A stretch of 63,875 bases of DNA from positions 1 through 63,875 of the forward strand of contig RBNJ01000015.1 of assembly GCA_003990765.1 (NCBI GenBank), read 5' to 3'. Shown piece after piece: positions 53,923 to 63,875 of the stretch. This DNA comes from Jimgerdemannia flammicorona (lineage: Eukaryota). A program made the position numbers and the translations under genes. Numbering within the stretch: position 1 is the stretch's first letter; the number at the start of each line of letters is the position of its first letter. The notes under the pieces were generated by a model. The model did no database searches and was not told the origin of the DNA. It saw only the letters and a program-made list of their open reading frames with translations.

Positions 53923-55617
53923 TTACCCTTTCAACCAAACCACATCCCCCACGACCTCCATTCCTCCAGCAACGCCAGTATCTTCCCACAAAATCTCTTC
54001 CGTCCCCTCCACCCTGCGCCAAATCTTCGCCCTCACCACGGCATCCAACGTCTCCTCCACTTTGAGCCACATCGCCTTCCCGTCCCGACCAGGAGCCCGC
54101 AGGGGTACCCCGCCCCCGATCACCCGCGTTGCCGTCACCTCCAGGAAGAGCCGCTCGCGTCGGTCCGAGACCATTAGGTGCACGCGTTGGGTTAACACAA
54201 GAGGTGCAGACGAGTCGGTCATCTCTGGAGTCGGAGGGGAATCGGGATCGCCGTGGTGGACGGTGATGTCAAGACGGTGCTGGCGCGCGAAGGTGTAGGT
54301 CGAGAAGTTGAGGAGGGTCTTGTTTTTGGGGGGGGATTGCGTGTCGAAAGCGGAGGCGAGGGAAGACAGGGCAGATGCATCACTTAGGTGGAGCGTGATT
54401 AGGCGGCCGGGGAAGTGAAGGTACGAGCCCAAGAAAGGGAAGGTGTTGGTTAAGAGAGTGGTCAACTGCCAGTTTGGGTCGAGGAGAGGAATGTCAGCGA
54501 TGGAGATCTGGGTAGAGGAGGGCAGAGGGTTAGGGTTCGTGCAGGTGTCTCGTACGCATTTGCAAACCATAAACTACAAACGCGAGTCCACCACGCCCAG
54601 ATGAACAAAAGACATACATACCATCAACCCAGTCCCCGGGCTCCTCCCAAAGCTATTCGATTGTATCCAAATCCAGCTCTGCGGGAAATACATTCCCCAA
54701 TCCTTCTCAATATACCCTTCCCCAACTCCTTCACCAACCTCGAACTTCTCCACCAACTCCTTCCCACCCTCGCCCTCAGGATCCCAAAACTCCACCTCCC
54801 CCCGCACGCCATGATACATGCTTACAACACCATGATTGCACTCCAGAAACGGTAAATACGTAAACGGGCCCATCACACTCGGCGCATACGCCGTCCGCGG
54901 CAGCGGATTTGTCTCCGTGAACACTAGTGACCCCGTCACCGACAGTCGCCGGGGGTTCACGCTCGCCTTCGGCTTTGGCGCGAGAGTCTTGAGAAGCAGG
55001 GAGAGAAGCGCATCGGTCTCCTCAATGGGCGCTTGCTCCGCGATGATGCGCGTAAGGTCATGCGCGATCTGCGCGCGGTATGCGTCCCACTCCGCTTCCT
55101 TCACGTCGACGAGCCGACGAGCATCCAGCGATGCCACAATCCCACTTTCATCAAACACGTTCCCAGTGCCGATTCGTATGCGTAGCTGCCCTGCGTTCAG
55201 AGCGCGTTCATCGTGGAACTCCGAGGCTCCGAAGCGGTAGTACAATGTTTCGGGTAGCGCGTCCGCGAAGACCATGATAAAGGCGTGATCGGCTATGCGG
55301 GAGTCAGAATCACCGCGTGCGCGGAAGATGCCTGGGATGAAGACTATTGAAGTGTGTGTGCGCGGGTCGACTGTTTTGAAGTACCAGCCTTCGAAGAAGG
55401 AGGAGCCCACGTGTCGGCCATGGTAGTGTTCGGGGTGCAGAGCGTTCTCGACGTTGCCCAGGATCAGGGCGAGCCGCGCCGTGCCGGTCGCGTGGAGGGT
55501 GTAGGCGAGGAGGGAAAGGACGGTGGTGAGGAGGACGAGGACGGCCTTGGTGGTGGTGGTAGTGGTGCGGTGGCGGGTAGAGAGGGCGGTTGGGTCTCTG
55601 GGTTTGGGTTCATTCAT
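53923..55617 (-). CDS. Tocopherol cyclase-like protein with an N-terminal membrane anchor (exons 55617-54622 and 54507-53923; ~526 aa)
   Basis: FFEGWYFK, MGPFTYLPFLECNHGVVSM.H, GYIEKDWG..FP..WIWIQSN.F. A phase-0 GTATGT...CAG intron joins the two ORFs in frame. Confidence 0.88.
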
Positions 55618-55732
55618 GGCTCAGAGTTTCAGAAGGGGTCGTCTTTTCATGTGAAGGTTATTGCAGTTGCGTCACGAGTGTGACCAAAATAAGAAAAGGG
55701 AACGTATTTAGATGTAGATTCTCTCATTGACG

Positions 55733-55870
55733 CCTACATTGGAACCTATACATTCCTTTTTTTTTTTTTAACGGAAGGAACCTATACATTCCTTATCAAA
55801 CCTCACATTACTGTGTAAGTTACAAGTCCTGCAAGGGAGTAGGCTCCCGCGCCAACCCTTTCAGGCTGAC
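55733..55870 (-). ncRNA. Putative omegaRNA scaffold / right end of the IS607-Fanzor element
   Basis: Consecutive hairpins GUCAGCCU-GAAA-GGGUUGGC, GGGAG-CCUA-CUCCC, UUGCAG-GAC-UUGUAA and CUUACA-CAGUAA-UGUGAG overlap the Fanzor 3' end. The CCUA loop is complementary to the terminal UAGG, suggesting a pseudoknot. Confidence 0.7.
55741..55794 (-). mobile_element. Micro retro-insertion TTCCGTT+(A)n with a perfect 18-bp TSD
   Basis: GGAACCTATACATTCCTT at 55741-55758 and 55777-55794, flanking T11+AACGGAA. Confidence 0.85.
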
Positions 55871-57320
55871 TCTTGGTGAGGTAATGAAGGAGAATGTTGC
55901 GAGCGCCATTGAAATTGTGGTCAAGCTTCGTCTGATATGCTGGACAGTGAAACACCTTGGACCCACCTAGGCCATGGTGGAGATATCCACAGTACCTGCA
56001 TGTCTTGGAAGTGTACTCTTCTGTACAGAGAATGATCTGACACCATGGGTGCTCACATCAGATGCTGCTGAAAACCGAAATGCAACTATGTACACATTGC
56101 ATGTGTAATCTTAGAATGAATACGATATTGCCCTGGCAGGAGAATGATGTAATAGTTCTCACACAGCCACCGTGCAAGCTTGTGATGGCAGTCATCGATC
56201 AGGCACTGTGGATATGCAGCATGACATGCCGCAACCTGTAAATTGCAATTTTGTATCCCTTTGACTGTAGATAAGATCATCTTTTAAAATCATTTAGCAG
56301 ACAAATTAAAGTTTGAAAAAAATGATTTTTTGAAACATTGTTTTTCTGTTAAAAATATATCTCAATTTATTTAAAAAAAAAAAAAAAAAATTTTTTATAA
56401 AATTTTTACCAAAGATAGAATTATTATATAATAATTTCTTTTTTAAAAGCTATTATGATTTTAAAAGTTATAAACTTTTAAAATCTTACCTCTAAATATA
56501 AGTGCAAAACAGTCAAAGAGATATAAGTTTGCATAAGTAAATAAAATACTTTAGCAAAAATGATGTCTGCTCAAATTCAATCTCATATATACCAAACTAT
56601 CTCAGACTGATCTGTAGTATTATGCTTGTTCACCTTCTTATAGATGCTGTCCTGCTTGCTCTACAGCCTGTCATATATGGTTCAGTCTGTAGATACAAAC
56701 AATATTATTTTTCTCCCAACCCACTTAGGTTGTATCTAGTTATAAATATTTATATACTAGAATCTAGTACAATAATCTCTACATCTCTTTTACCAGACAT
56801 AGGGCCTTGGCTCTCAATCTACATATTAAGAAATATAGAGATATAGAGATAGAATTTACTAAGATGATTTATCATAAGCTGACTATCATATCTAAGACTA
56901 ACTGGTAGAGGCTCAGAAGATCTCATATTGAAGAGAAATATAAATTTACCATATGATTTCTCCCAGTACTTGGAAAGTATTATAACTAATTATTAATGAT
57001 CCTTTTTTAGAATAAAACTTCATTTGAAACATCTTGTATTTTACTATAAAGTTAGAGGTATACTCCTTGAGAAGATAATTCATAGTCTCATCATAGATAT
57101 TATATAATATCTTCAGAATCAACTTATCATTATTCTTGAAGTTGAAGGTATTGAGATACTATGTTTATAGATCTTTCTTATAATATTTTATATCTTTATT
57201 TTGAACTATAGTGAGGTACTGATTGTAGGTCCACCATGCTGCCTCCATCTATGCTCTGAGCCTTTTCTACTTATTATAAGAGAGAAAAGGTAGATATATT
57301 GCATCTTACTTACTAGAGGT
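55803..57320 (-). pseudogene. tnpB: Fanzor2 / IS607 TnpB RNA-guided nuclease
   Basis: W(T)YNQ ~57230; RuvC-I IIVLDS(G)...FIT.YN ~56760; LIDDCHHKLARWLCENY.IILLP; EHPWCQIILCTEEYTSKTCRYCG...LGGSKVFHCPA...LD(H)NFNGARNILLHYL (RuvC-II Glu, Zn finger, RuvC-III). Confidence 0.92.
56241..56611. mobile_element. ~370-bp AT-rich insertion splitting the Fanzor gene
   Basis: Fanzor coding sequence resumes on both sides. CTGTA is repeated at 56236-56240 and 56612-56616, a possible TSD. Confidence 0.55.
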
Positions 57321-59157
57321 TTTTCTTTTTTTCTTAGAGATCTTAGACTTCTTTAATAATTTCTCATCTTCTTTTGCAATTAGCAGTAGAATATACATAA
57401 CTCATTATATCATACTATAAATACTGTAACAATGGAAAGTAGATCTTTTGCAAACTTGCTAGTCTCATTACTAAATACTAATATCAGAACTAAGTATCAT
57501 AAGTTGAGTTCTATTTTTTACAAAAATTTACTCTATGAGCTCTGATCTGAAATGACACAGCTGGTCTTTTTGAATAACTACCACTTTTTCAACTCCTCCT
57601 ACATATATATATTCCAAAAAAACTATAAAATCTCTGCATTTCTAGTTAAGTTCTGAACTAATATCACTAACAATCTTATAGTCTGAGAAATACTGTTGCA
57701 GGTCAGCAATTTGTTATTCAAGGTCTCATTATTGATGTTCTCTGGTATAGCAGACCTTGACCTTTTTTGTGGTCTAGTTTGTTGGTTAGTTGTTTTGTTT
57801 AACAGACTCTATGTCCCATGAATTTTTATTAGAAAGGAATCTAGACTATATAGGCCAAAACCCTTCTCCACCACCCATCAAGCACTGTCCCCCCATTAAC
57901 CTAGACTAGCTATTGTCCAGCAGCTCGACTATGCCAGGCACAGCAGGGCAAAGTAGCCCACACCTCATTCTGCACACCATACTCTCCCTACTACCAGGGG
58001 AAACCCAGCCATATACCAATGACCGAAAGCACATACCCAAGAACCCAACATATGTACAAGGCCATGCTCAAGCCAAATAGAATAGCCCCTGCCACTCCAA
58101 AGAGAATGACAGGCAAAGAAAAAACCCTCATCAAAGCACAATATGGTGGGTAGGGCCTGGTTCTCCCAGTCGAGGTGAGTAGAGAACTTACACGTAAGGC
58201 AGGAGGAAACCCCCAATACCCCACTACTCAAGTCTGTGGGCCTCGATCATGTTGCCATGTCAGCTCCCAGTTCCAGTTGAATATAGCCAAGATGCCTGAA
58301 ATGGGTAGCCTCGAGCCCCCCGACCCCCTCTGACAACTGGGGCCCAACTCCATGAATTGCCAAAAGAAGCCGAGAGTGACACCTATCACCTAACCATACC
58401 GCACCAATCAAAAGGCCCCACTGAAGCAGCACCCACTCCAGCCCTGATGACCACCCCCAGCCTGGCACCCTACTGGTTCACCATAATCACCCTTCCTCCT
58501 ATCTGTGATAGCCATCTCCCCTCCCATCCTGATATCACCCAAAAAACAGTCACCTACGCCAGAACTGCACTCGCCAGAAAGCTTGCCAAAGCCAGAGGGC
58601 CCCACTACAGGCACCAAGGACCTGCAGGTAACCTATACTGAGCACTTGACACCTAAGGTTGGCCGACTCCCTACATAGCCCGAGACATACCGAGACAACT
58701 CCTAGTTGGTGACAGCAAAAGGAAAAAGGCACCGCACCAAAATGGGTACACCCCAAATGCAGCTAAAGGCACCCGAATCTGCGAAAAAGTAGAGGAAGCA
58801 CTGATCTGATACTGATAAAGGGGCAACTCATCACCATTGCCCTCCTCCCACCATACCCCTGCAGGCACAGCAAACCAACCCAAGGTAGAGGGGGTAATAA
58901 TAGGGAAAAGGGGACTCAGAAGGTCACCTACCAAACCTTGTGACTGGTAAGGTAGCGGAGAAAGGAGTCTTGTTGATTGATTGTTACCAAAAGCTCTTCA
59001 CACATCTGTAATAAAGTAGTCATTTGCTACCAGAGGTTCTGACAATGGCAATTTTTCCAAAGATGGCCCACTGTTGCAGTGTTTCAACCAAGACATCATA
59101 TATCTCTTGTATTTTGCTCATGCTTGTGTATGTAGTATTGGTTTGAGCCTGGTGTAT
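57280..59157 (-). pseudogene. tnpA: IS607 TnpA: MerR-type HTH plus serine recombinase, interrupted by a retroposon
   Basis: (M)HQAQTNTTYTS.SKIQE.YDV.VETL..WA..GKIAIVRT.G.K.L at 59157-58990; KVCY.R...HQ..DLE.QIADLQQYF.DY.IVSDI.S.LN.K...VV..KD.LC.F..EL...DLLSIVTVF at 57770-57420. Confidence 0.92.
57798..58965 (-). mobile_element. ~1.2-kb non-autonomous poly(A) retroposon, copy 2
   Basis: Homologous to 1-1187. 16-bp TSD TTGTTG(G/A)TT(AG/GA)TTGTT at 57779-57794 and 58970-58985, differing only by transitions. Confidence 0.8.
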
Positions 59158-59463
59158 TTTGTAGGATTGTGGAATAATGCGGAGTATTCACAAAAGGTAA
59201 TATGCGCGTTTCGCATGTTGCTTTAAAAAGGTAACGCCACTAAATGTACGGTCATGTGAATTGATAAGATGAATTGTGTGGTTTATTCCGGAATGTTCAA
59301 CGGTTGCTCCAATCAATACTGCAATCCAAGGTTTTCGGTCCAAGAGTTCGGCGAGGGTAGGGTGGGTGGCTTGGATGCACGGATGTGACGTCATATGCAC
59401 GCAACTGAGTTTTTGATATTTTTCCAAGAAACACCCAAACTCACATCCACTCACAACCACATC

Positions 59464-60058
59464 ATGGTCAAACTCGAAGAAGTCAGCGCCGACCACGTCG
59501 ACGACGACCTGAGTCCGGACGAGGACGACGAGGACGATGATTTCTCCGACTACTCGGACGACGACGACGACCGCGATGACGAGTCCTTTATAGACCGTAT
59601 CTACGCCCTGCGCGACATCATCCCGCTCAAGCGTCGCGACGCCATCGCTCAGAACGCTAGCCGCATCTACGGGTGGGGCAAGGCTGGCATATCGTTCGCG
59701 GGAAAGTCTGCTTGGGTACTCACTACCACCATGCTCTTGCTCGTTTTGCCACTTGCACTGGAGATTGAGAAGGAACAGGCGCTGATTGCCTATGAGAAGG
59801 AGGCGCAGATGCAGCAGCAGGGCGCGCAGCAGGTATGGATCTTTGAGACGGGCGGTTAGGAACGATTTTGGTGTATCCACCTCATGACCAATTATTTCCT
59901 AACATATACCTTCTCTAACGCATTCACGACACATTAAAACTATAACCCCACAGATGTTGACACCCAACATCTATGGCCAGTCGCAACCCGGTCAGCCGCA
60001 GCAGTCGCAACCCAGCCAGCCGCAGCAGCAGAAAGGCATTGTTCCTCACGGTTTCTAA
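59464..60058 (+). CDS. TOM22: Mitochondrial import receptor subunit Tom22 (exons 59464-59832 and 59954-60058)
   Basis: MVKLEEV, acidic N-terminus, ESFIDRIYALRDIIP, TM segment GKSAWVLTTTMLLLVLPLAL, C-terminus ...GIVPHGF*. In-frame GT-AG intron. Confidence 0.96.
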
Positions 60059-60603
60059 ACCCGCGATCCCGGCGTGGGAAAAAGTCGTGGGTAGGCGTAC
60101 ATACCTACATACGCTTGATCGAATGACGGCGGCAAGGTGTAGAGACGGTGGATGGAAAAACGAACAATTAATATAGATTAGGTTGGGTGAGGGATTGTAT
60201 TGCCGCGCCCGCGGACATGTTTGAATACACTTTGGAGATTTAGGGCTGATTGGAAAGCATCCATCGTTATGATGTATAAGACGTGTCTGCATGATTAAAC
60301 ATTGAGATGAATGACCACTTGATTACAATCAGGCTTGCAGTGGTACCGAATTGTTTGCTTATTTATAAAGTAACGTGCAGTCACGGCTCTTGAAGGAGGT
60401 TCTTATCCCACGCGCTTTCCCACTATCATATACCAAAAGAACTGCCAAAAAAAAAAAAAAAAGAGGGGACTATATGCGATTTTATTCGCAACTGACGTCT
60501 CGTGCACTCATTCGCAAGCCACCAATCCACCCCGTCGCGTCGAATCACATCCGCATTGCAAAACGCACCCCGAACACTCGAAACACTCCCATCGACACTT
60601 TTT

Positions 60604-61429
60604 TCACTCCAGCTTCTTCCCAATTGCCTCTTCCTTGTATGCTTGCATAGGCAAGGCACAGTCGAACATGAACAAATATGCAAGTATATCCCACATGTAA
60701 AAAACACTCGCACGAATCCAACATCCCTTCTCACGCCCTCGCAAAGAAACACACGTACCGGATTCCTTTTGGTGTTTTGGTTCTCAATCACGTAGTATGG
60801 CTCGTCCTCCGTGGCGGGCACCGCCTTTCGGTTGCCGACAGGCTGCGGTGAGGTGACGAGAGTGGATACGGTAATTTCGTTATGCAAGGATGAGGGGAAT
60901 GGGCGACCAGATACGCTAAAGCATATCTCGTAATTACCTCGGACTTGGTAATAATTTTCTGATACGACCAATTGTCATATTTTCTGTGTAAATGGGGTAA
61001 AATGAGGTGGATTGTGGGTTGTGGAGGTCAAGATGCGGAGGTTTCGTCGGATGGGTGGCGTAAAGAGGTTTCAAAGCACTTACGCCCAATCGGACTGTCG
61101 TCGTCGTCGTCGTTTGGCGAGGGTGAGCACCGAAAGCGTGTAACCAGATCATCTCATTACATCACCCAAAATTGGCGGTCTCAAAACACCACCAACGCCA
61201 AAATAGCAGGAAAAAAAAAAAAAACTTGAAGGGGAAAAGTGATAGTAACTAACTAGTACAGGACCCGATCCTCGGTCTTGTATGTGAACTTCTTGGACGT
61301 GTCCAGCGTGTGCGACGTGTGGAGCTGGCGGAAGGCGAGGACGCCAAACAGGCATGGCAAAAGTGAGGGCAATGGGGTTTTTGGGAGAGCTGAGGGGGCG
61401 TCAAGGAGAAGAGTGGACAGGATGGCCAT
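60604..61429 (-). CDS. Hva1-type TUDOR domain (DUF2945) protein, 5 exons including an 11-nt microexon; two 1-bp A-run deletions
   Basis: ...TYKTEDRVLYY|PIG|QNMTIGRIRK(IITKSE)|PVGNRKAVPATEDEPYYVIENQNTK(KES)|AYKEEAIGKKLE*. The N-terminus resembles a mitochondrial presequence (FRQLHTS). Confidence 0.72.
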
Positions 61430-62500
61430 TGTCGAAACTACGTTTGGCGACGGTTAGAACGTTGAGTTGTTGGATGGATGCAAAATGAGCAGGGACGGTT
61501 ATAAATAGGAAAGAGGAAGTTAATTTATCAGAGGATGACGGTATGATGTAAGGGATCATGCGCCCGCGCTGTTGACGCAATGATAGCGAAGGGCAGCCTG
61601 ACGTGATTGTCGGACGTAATGTCATAAGGAAACGGCCAAAGCCACCACATACATCATGCCTAATGGGCATTCATGCGCGTAAATGCATCGTGTATATTTG
61701 TCATCGAATACACATCAGGATTGATGTCGCGCATTTCATGCACATACATAAATCACATCAGAACAAACTAATGGTGGTTTTTGCCACATTTGCCGCTAAA
61801 TGTTTGTAAAGCAACAATGGAAACAATGGAAAAGACAGATTTCACAACATCTATCTGGAGCTGTAGGTATGTACATTCATTCATTCTCTTTACAAACCAA
61901 AGCACGTGCACAGATCGCCTTTCAACCGTCCGCGCTTCTCTACACTGATATTGACGTACGAAAGCCATTGTTTGGCTTTGGCCCGGTCACATAATAGTAG
62001 AAAAAATAACCCGCAAGCTTGCTATGATGCACATTGAGACGTGGGGCAAATAAATATAAACAAACCGAAATGCATAAAATCGCTGTTTGTCACCTGTGCC
62101 CATCTGTCCATCAAATCACAGTACTGACCTTACTTTAGTCGTCATCTGGACCTCGTTTGGACGATGCGATCAGGCCAGGCATTGACTTATTATTCGGGTT
62201 AGGCTATAAGATAATACGTCATAAGGCTGCGAAATTGACAATAGATCGCACGGGATAATACTTGTTATTGGTGACACAAATGTATATTCAAACGTGATTG
62301 ACAAGTGTGCAAGCCCGATCAATTATTGGCATTCTCGCTGTGTGCTTGGGTACACACTATTATATTATTATTTTATTGCGCACGATTATGACAGGAGAAA
62401 GGAGAGGCTTGGCACGAATATACATCTCCCACCAAGATAACAACCAGAAAAAGAGATTAGGTAATGATTAAACTGAAATTCTATGTCGGAAGTTTTTTAT

Positions 62501-63875
62501 CTAAGAGATGTAAATGTAATCCACCTCCACTATGCCGTTTCCTGGAAATTTGTTGAAGGTGACGGACTTGAGGGCGGTCAGGTTGGCGCCAAACACCGTA
62601 AGAGGAATCGTGAGTTGCTGCCAAGTGTCGACGTCGGTGAGGGCGTATGTGGTATTGGGGCCCACCGCGACAGCGTTGAATGCTTTCACGGTACCGCAGG
62701 CAGTGGGGACGGCATCTTGGAGGTTAACGTTGAAGCTATATGCCTTTTTGCCCGGGAAGCGGAACGCAACATTTAGATTGGTGAAATGGCTGTAGTCGTT
62801 GCATTCGGTGTTGGGGCCGAGGAGCGAGTACCAATACGAGGCATTCGAAAATTCGAGCAGGAGCCAGTCAGCCCACACCGTAGAGCGATCTCGCATAGTG
62901 TTATCGTCGTATGTGTATTGGTGGAGCGAGTTGTTCTGGTTGTTGTAGCGCACAGGATCAGAAAAGTCGTCGACAACAACACGCGCGGGCACAGCAGGGA
63001 CTGGTATTGGATGCGCAACACTCGTGGTAATCGCAAAGGTTGAATTCGGGGTGACGGTTGGGGCCGAAAGGGTTGAAGTCGTCGAGGCGGTCGAGAAGAT
63101 GAGCGTATAGGTGCCGGGTGCGACAAAGCCCGAGAGGATGACGGCGCCAGGGACGGGCACTGAAACCGCCGTGGTTGCCTGGACGAGTTTCCAGGTGGTG
63201 GGGTAGTTGAGCGTCAAGTTCTTGATGGCCATGGGTAGCTTGACGATGGCGTTGACGGTGGTGCCAGAAATGGTCCAATCAATACCAGCATTGAGCCGCG
63301 CCTTTGTAAAATCGCCGCGGCCGCCCATGGTGTCAAAGTAGGAGATATTCCGGACGAGGGGATGGAAGGCGTTCTGGAAGTCGAGCTTGTCCGAGAAGAG
63401 CTGAACCCGTGTAGCCCACGGAATGCCGGCACCAAAGGAAGTGGGGTGGAGCAGGAAGGTGTAGGAGCCTCCGTACTTGGCGATCTTGTGAACGAGCGTG
63501 TACTGCTGATAAAGCGCGCTACCACCAGTGTAGTTGCCAGTGCCTGGGAGGGCCCAGACGCCGTTTATGGGGTCAAGATCCTCGTCAGAGGTAGTCATGC
63601 AGAACTCGAACACGTCGACCTCTTGGGAGTAACCGCGGTTGGAAAAGAGCTGATAGGGTAGGTTGGTGTTCTGGTCGTTGGCGGCGCCGGTCGATGAGTA
63701 CTTAATCCCGTTCTGTTCCCAGATGTCGGGCATTTCGTTCGGGTAGAGGAGATGACCAGTACGATAGCTGCGCACGATGTCGCCCTTGGTGCTGATGGAC
63801 TCGAGCAGGAACTTTGAGATGCGGACCTCCCCGATGAGCGAGTGACCGACGGTGGCAAACCAGAGCACGTTGGTG
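62501..63875 (-). CDS. 3' part of a polysaccharide deacetylase (CE4/NodB)-like protein with a Thr/Pro linker and a C-terminal CBM-like beta domain
   Basis: Uninterrupted ORF of >455 codons open at the window edge; SYRTGHL.YP, G.KYSST, FEF..T..DE, LLHP; C-terminal VVDDFSD...WQQLTIPLTVF...VEVDYIYI. Confidence 0.65.
   Translation of the reverse strand, partial: TNVLWFATVGHSLIGEVRISKFLLESISTKGDIVRSYRTGHLLYPNEMPDIWEQNGIKYSSTGAANDQNTNLPYQLFSNRGYSQEVDVFEFCMTTSDEDLDPINGVWALPGTGNYTGGSALYQQYTLVHKIAKYGGSYTFLLHPTSFGAGIPWATRVQLFSDKLDFQNAFHPLVRNISYFDTMGGRGDFTKARLNAGIDWTISGTTVNAIVKLPMAIKNLTLNYPTTWKLVQATTAVSVPVPGAVILSGFVAPGTYTLIFSTASTTSTLSAPTVTPNSTFAITTSVAHPIPVPAVPARVVVDDFSDPVRYNNQNNSLHQYTYDDNTMRDRSTVWADWLLLEFSNASYWYSLLGPNTECNDYSHFTNLNVAFRFPGKKAYSFNVNLQDAVPTACGTVKAFNAVAVGPNTTYALTDVDTWQQLTIPLTVFGANLTALKSVTFNKFPGNGIVEVDYIYIS

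Larger units (their letters stand above)
55733..59236 (-). mobile_element. IS607-family element (TnpA serine recombinase plus Fanzor2/TnpB), decayed, with three nested insertions
   Basis: Contains the TnpA, Fanzor and omegaRNA features listed separately. Right end is probably ...AATGTAGG at 55733. Left end is uncertain (59190-59240; candidate GG at 59237-59238). Confidence 0.88.

Noticed and set aside
57810-57822. ATGGGAC near the retroposon 3' end as an HDV-ribozyme terminus
   Set aside because: The match is short, the other copy differs, and I could not build the nested pseudoknot.
55741-59236. Whole Fanzor element retrotransposed as a polyadenylated RNA
   Set aside because: The 18-bp duplication flanks only the 18-bp insert. 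No copy of it is found at the left end.
59188-59880. 230-aa minus-strand ORF
   Set aside because: Antisense overlap of TOM22 with no independent support.

Overview
Fungal genomic window. Spliceosomal GT-AG introns and the TOM22 sequence suggest Mucoromycota, possibly Endogonales; this is inference. It has two compartments. (1) 1-~43,030 is a nested cluster of dead transposons that is almost free of CpG and heavily mutated by C>T/G>A transitions. It holds two families of Ty3/Gypsy LTR retrotransposon with two copies each, both families encoding dUTPase; family A also has a ~270-codon ORF inside its 1.57-kb LTR. It also holds two hAT elements, a near full-length L1/Tx1-type LINE, a ~1.2-kb non-autonomous retroposon and a reconstructable 6.5-kb inversion. 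(2) ~43,040-63,875 is a CpG-normal gene region: two tandem GPI-anchored Thr/Val-rich proteins, a DUF1399/GRDP-like gene, a carotenoid oxygenase, a tocopherol-cyclase-like gene, TOM22, an Hva1-TUDOR gene and the 3' part of a CE4-like gene. A decayed IS607-type element lies between the divergent cyclase-like gene and TOM22. It carries a serine-recombinase TnpA, a Fanzor2/TnpB and a still-foldable omegaRNA end, and has itself received three later insertions. Most short ORFs in the supplied track are not real genes. Some frameshifts in host genes look like homopolymer assembly errors. Ancestral protein reconstructions were done by eye by reversing transitions, and family names come from remembered motifs, not from database searches.
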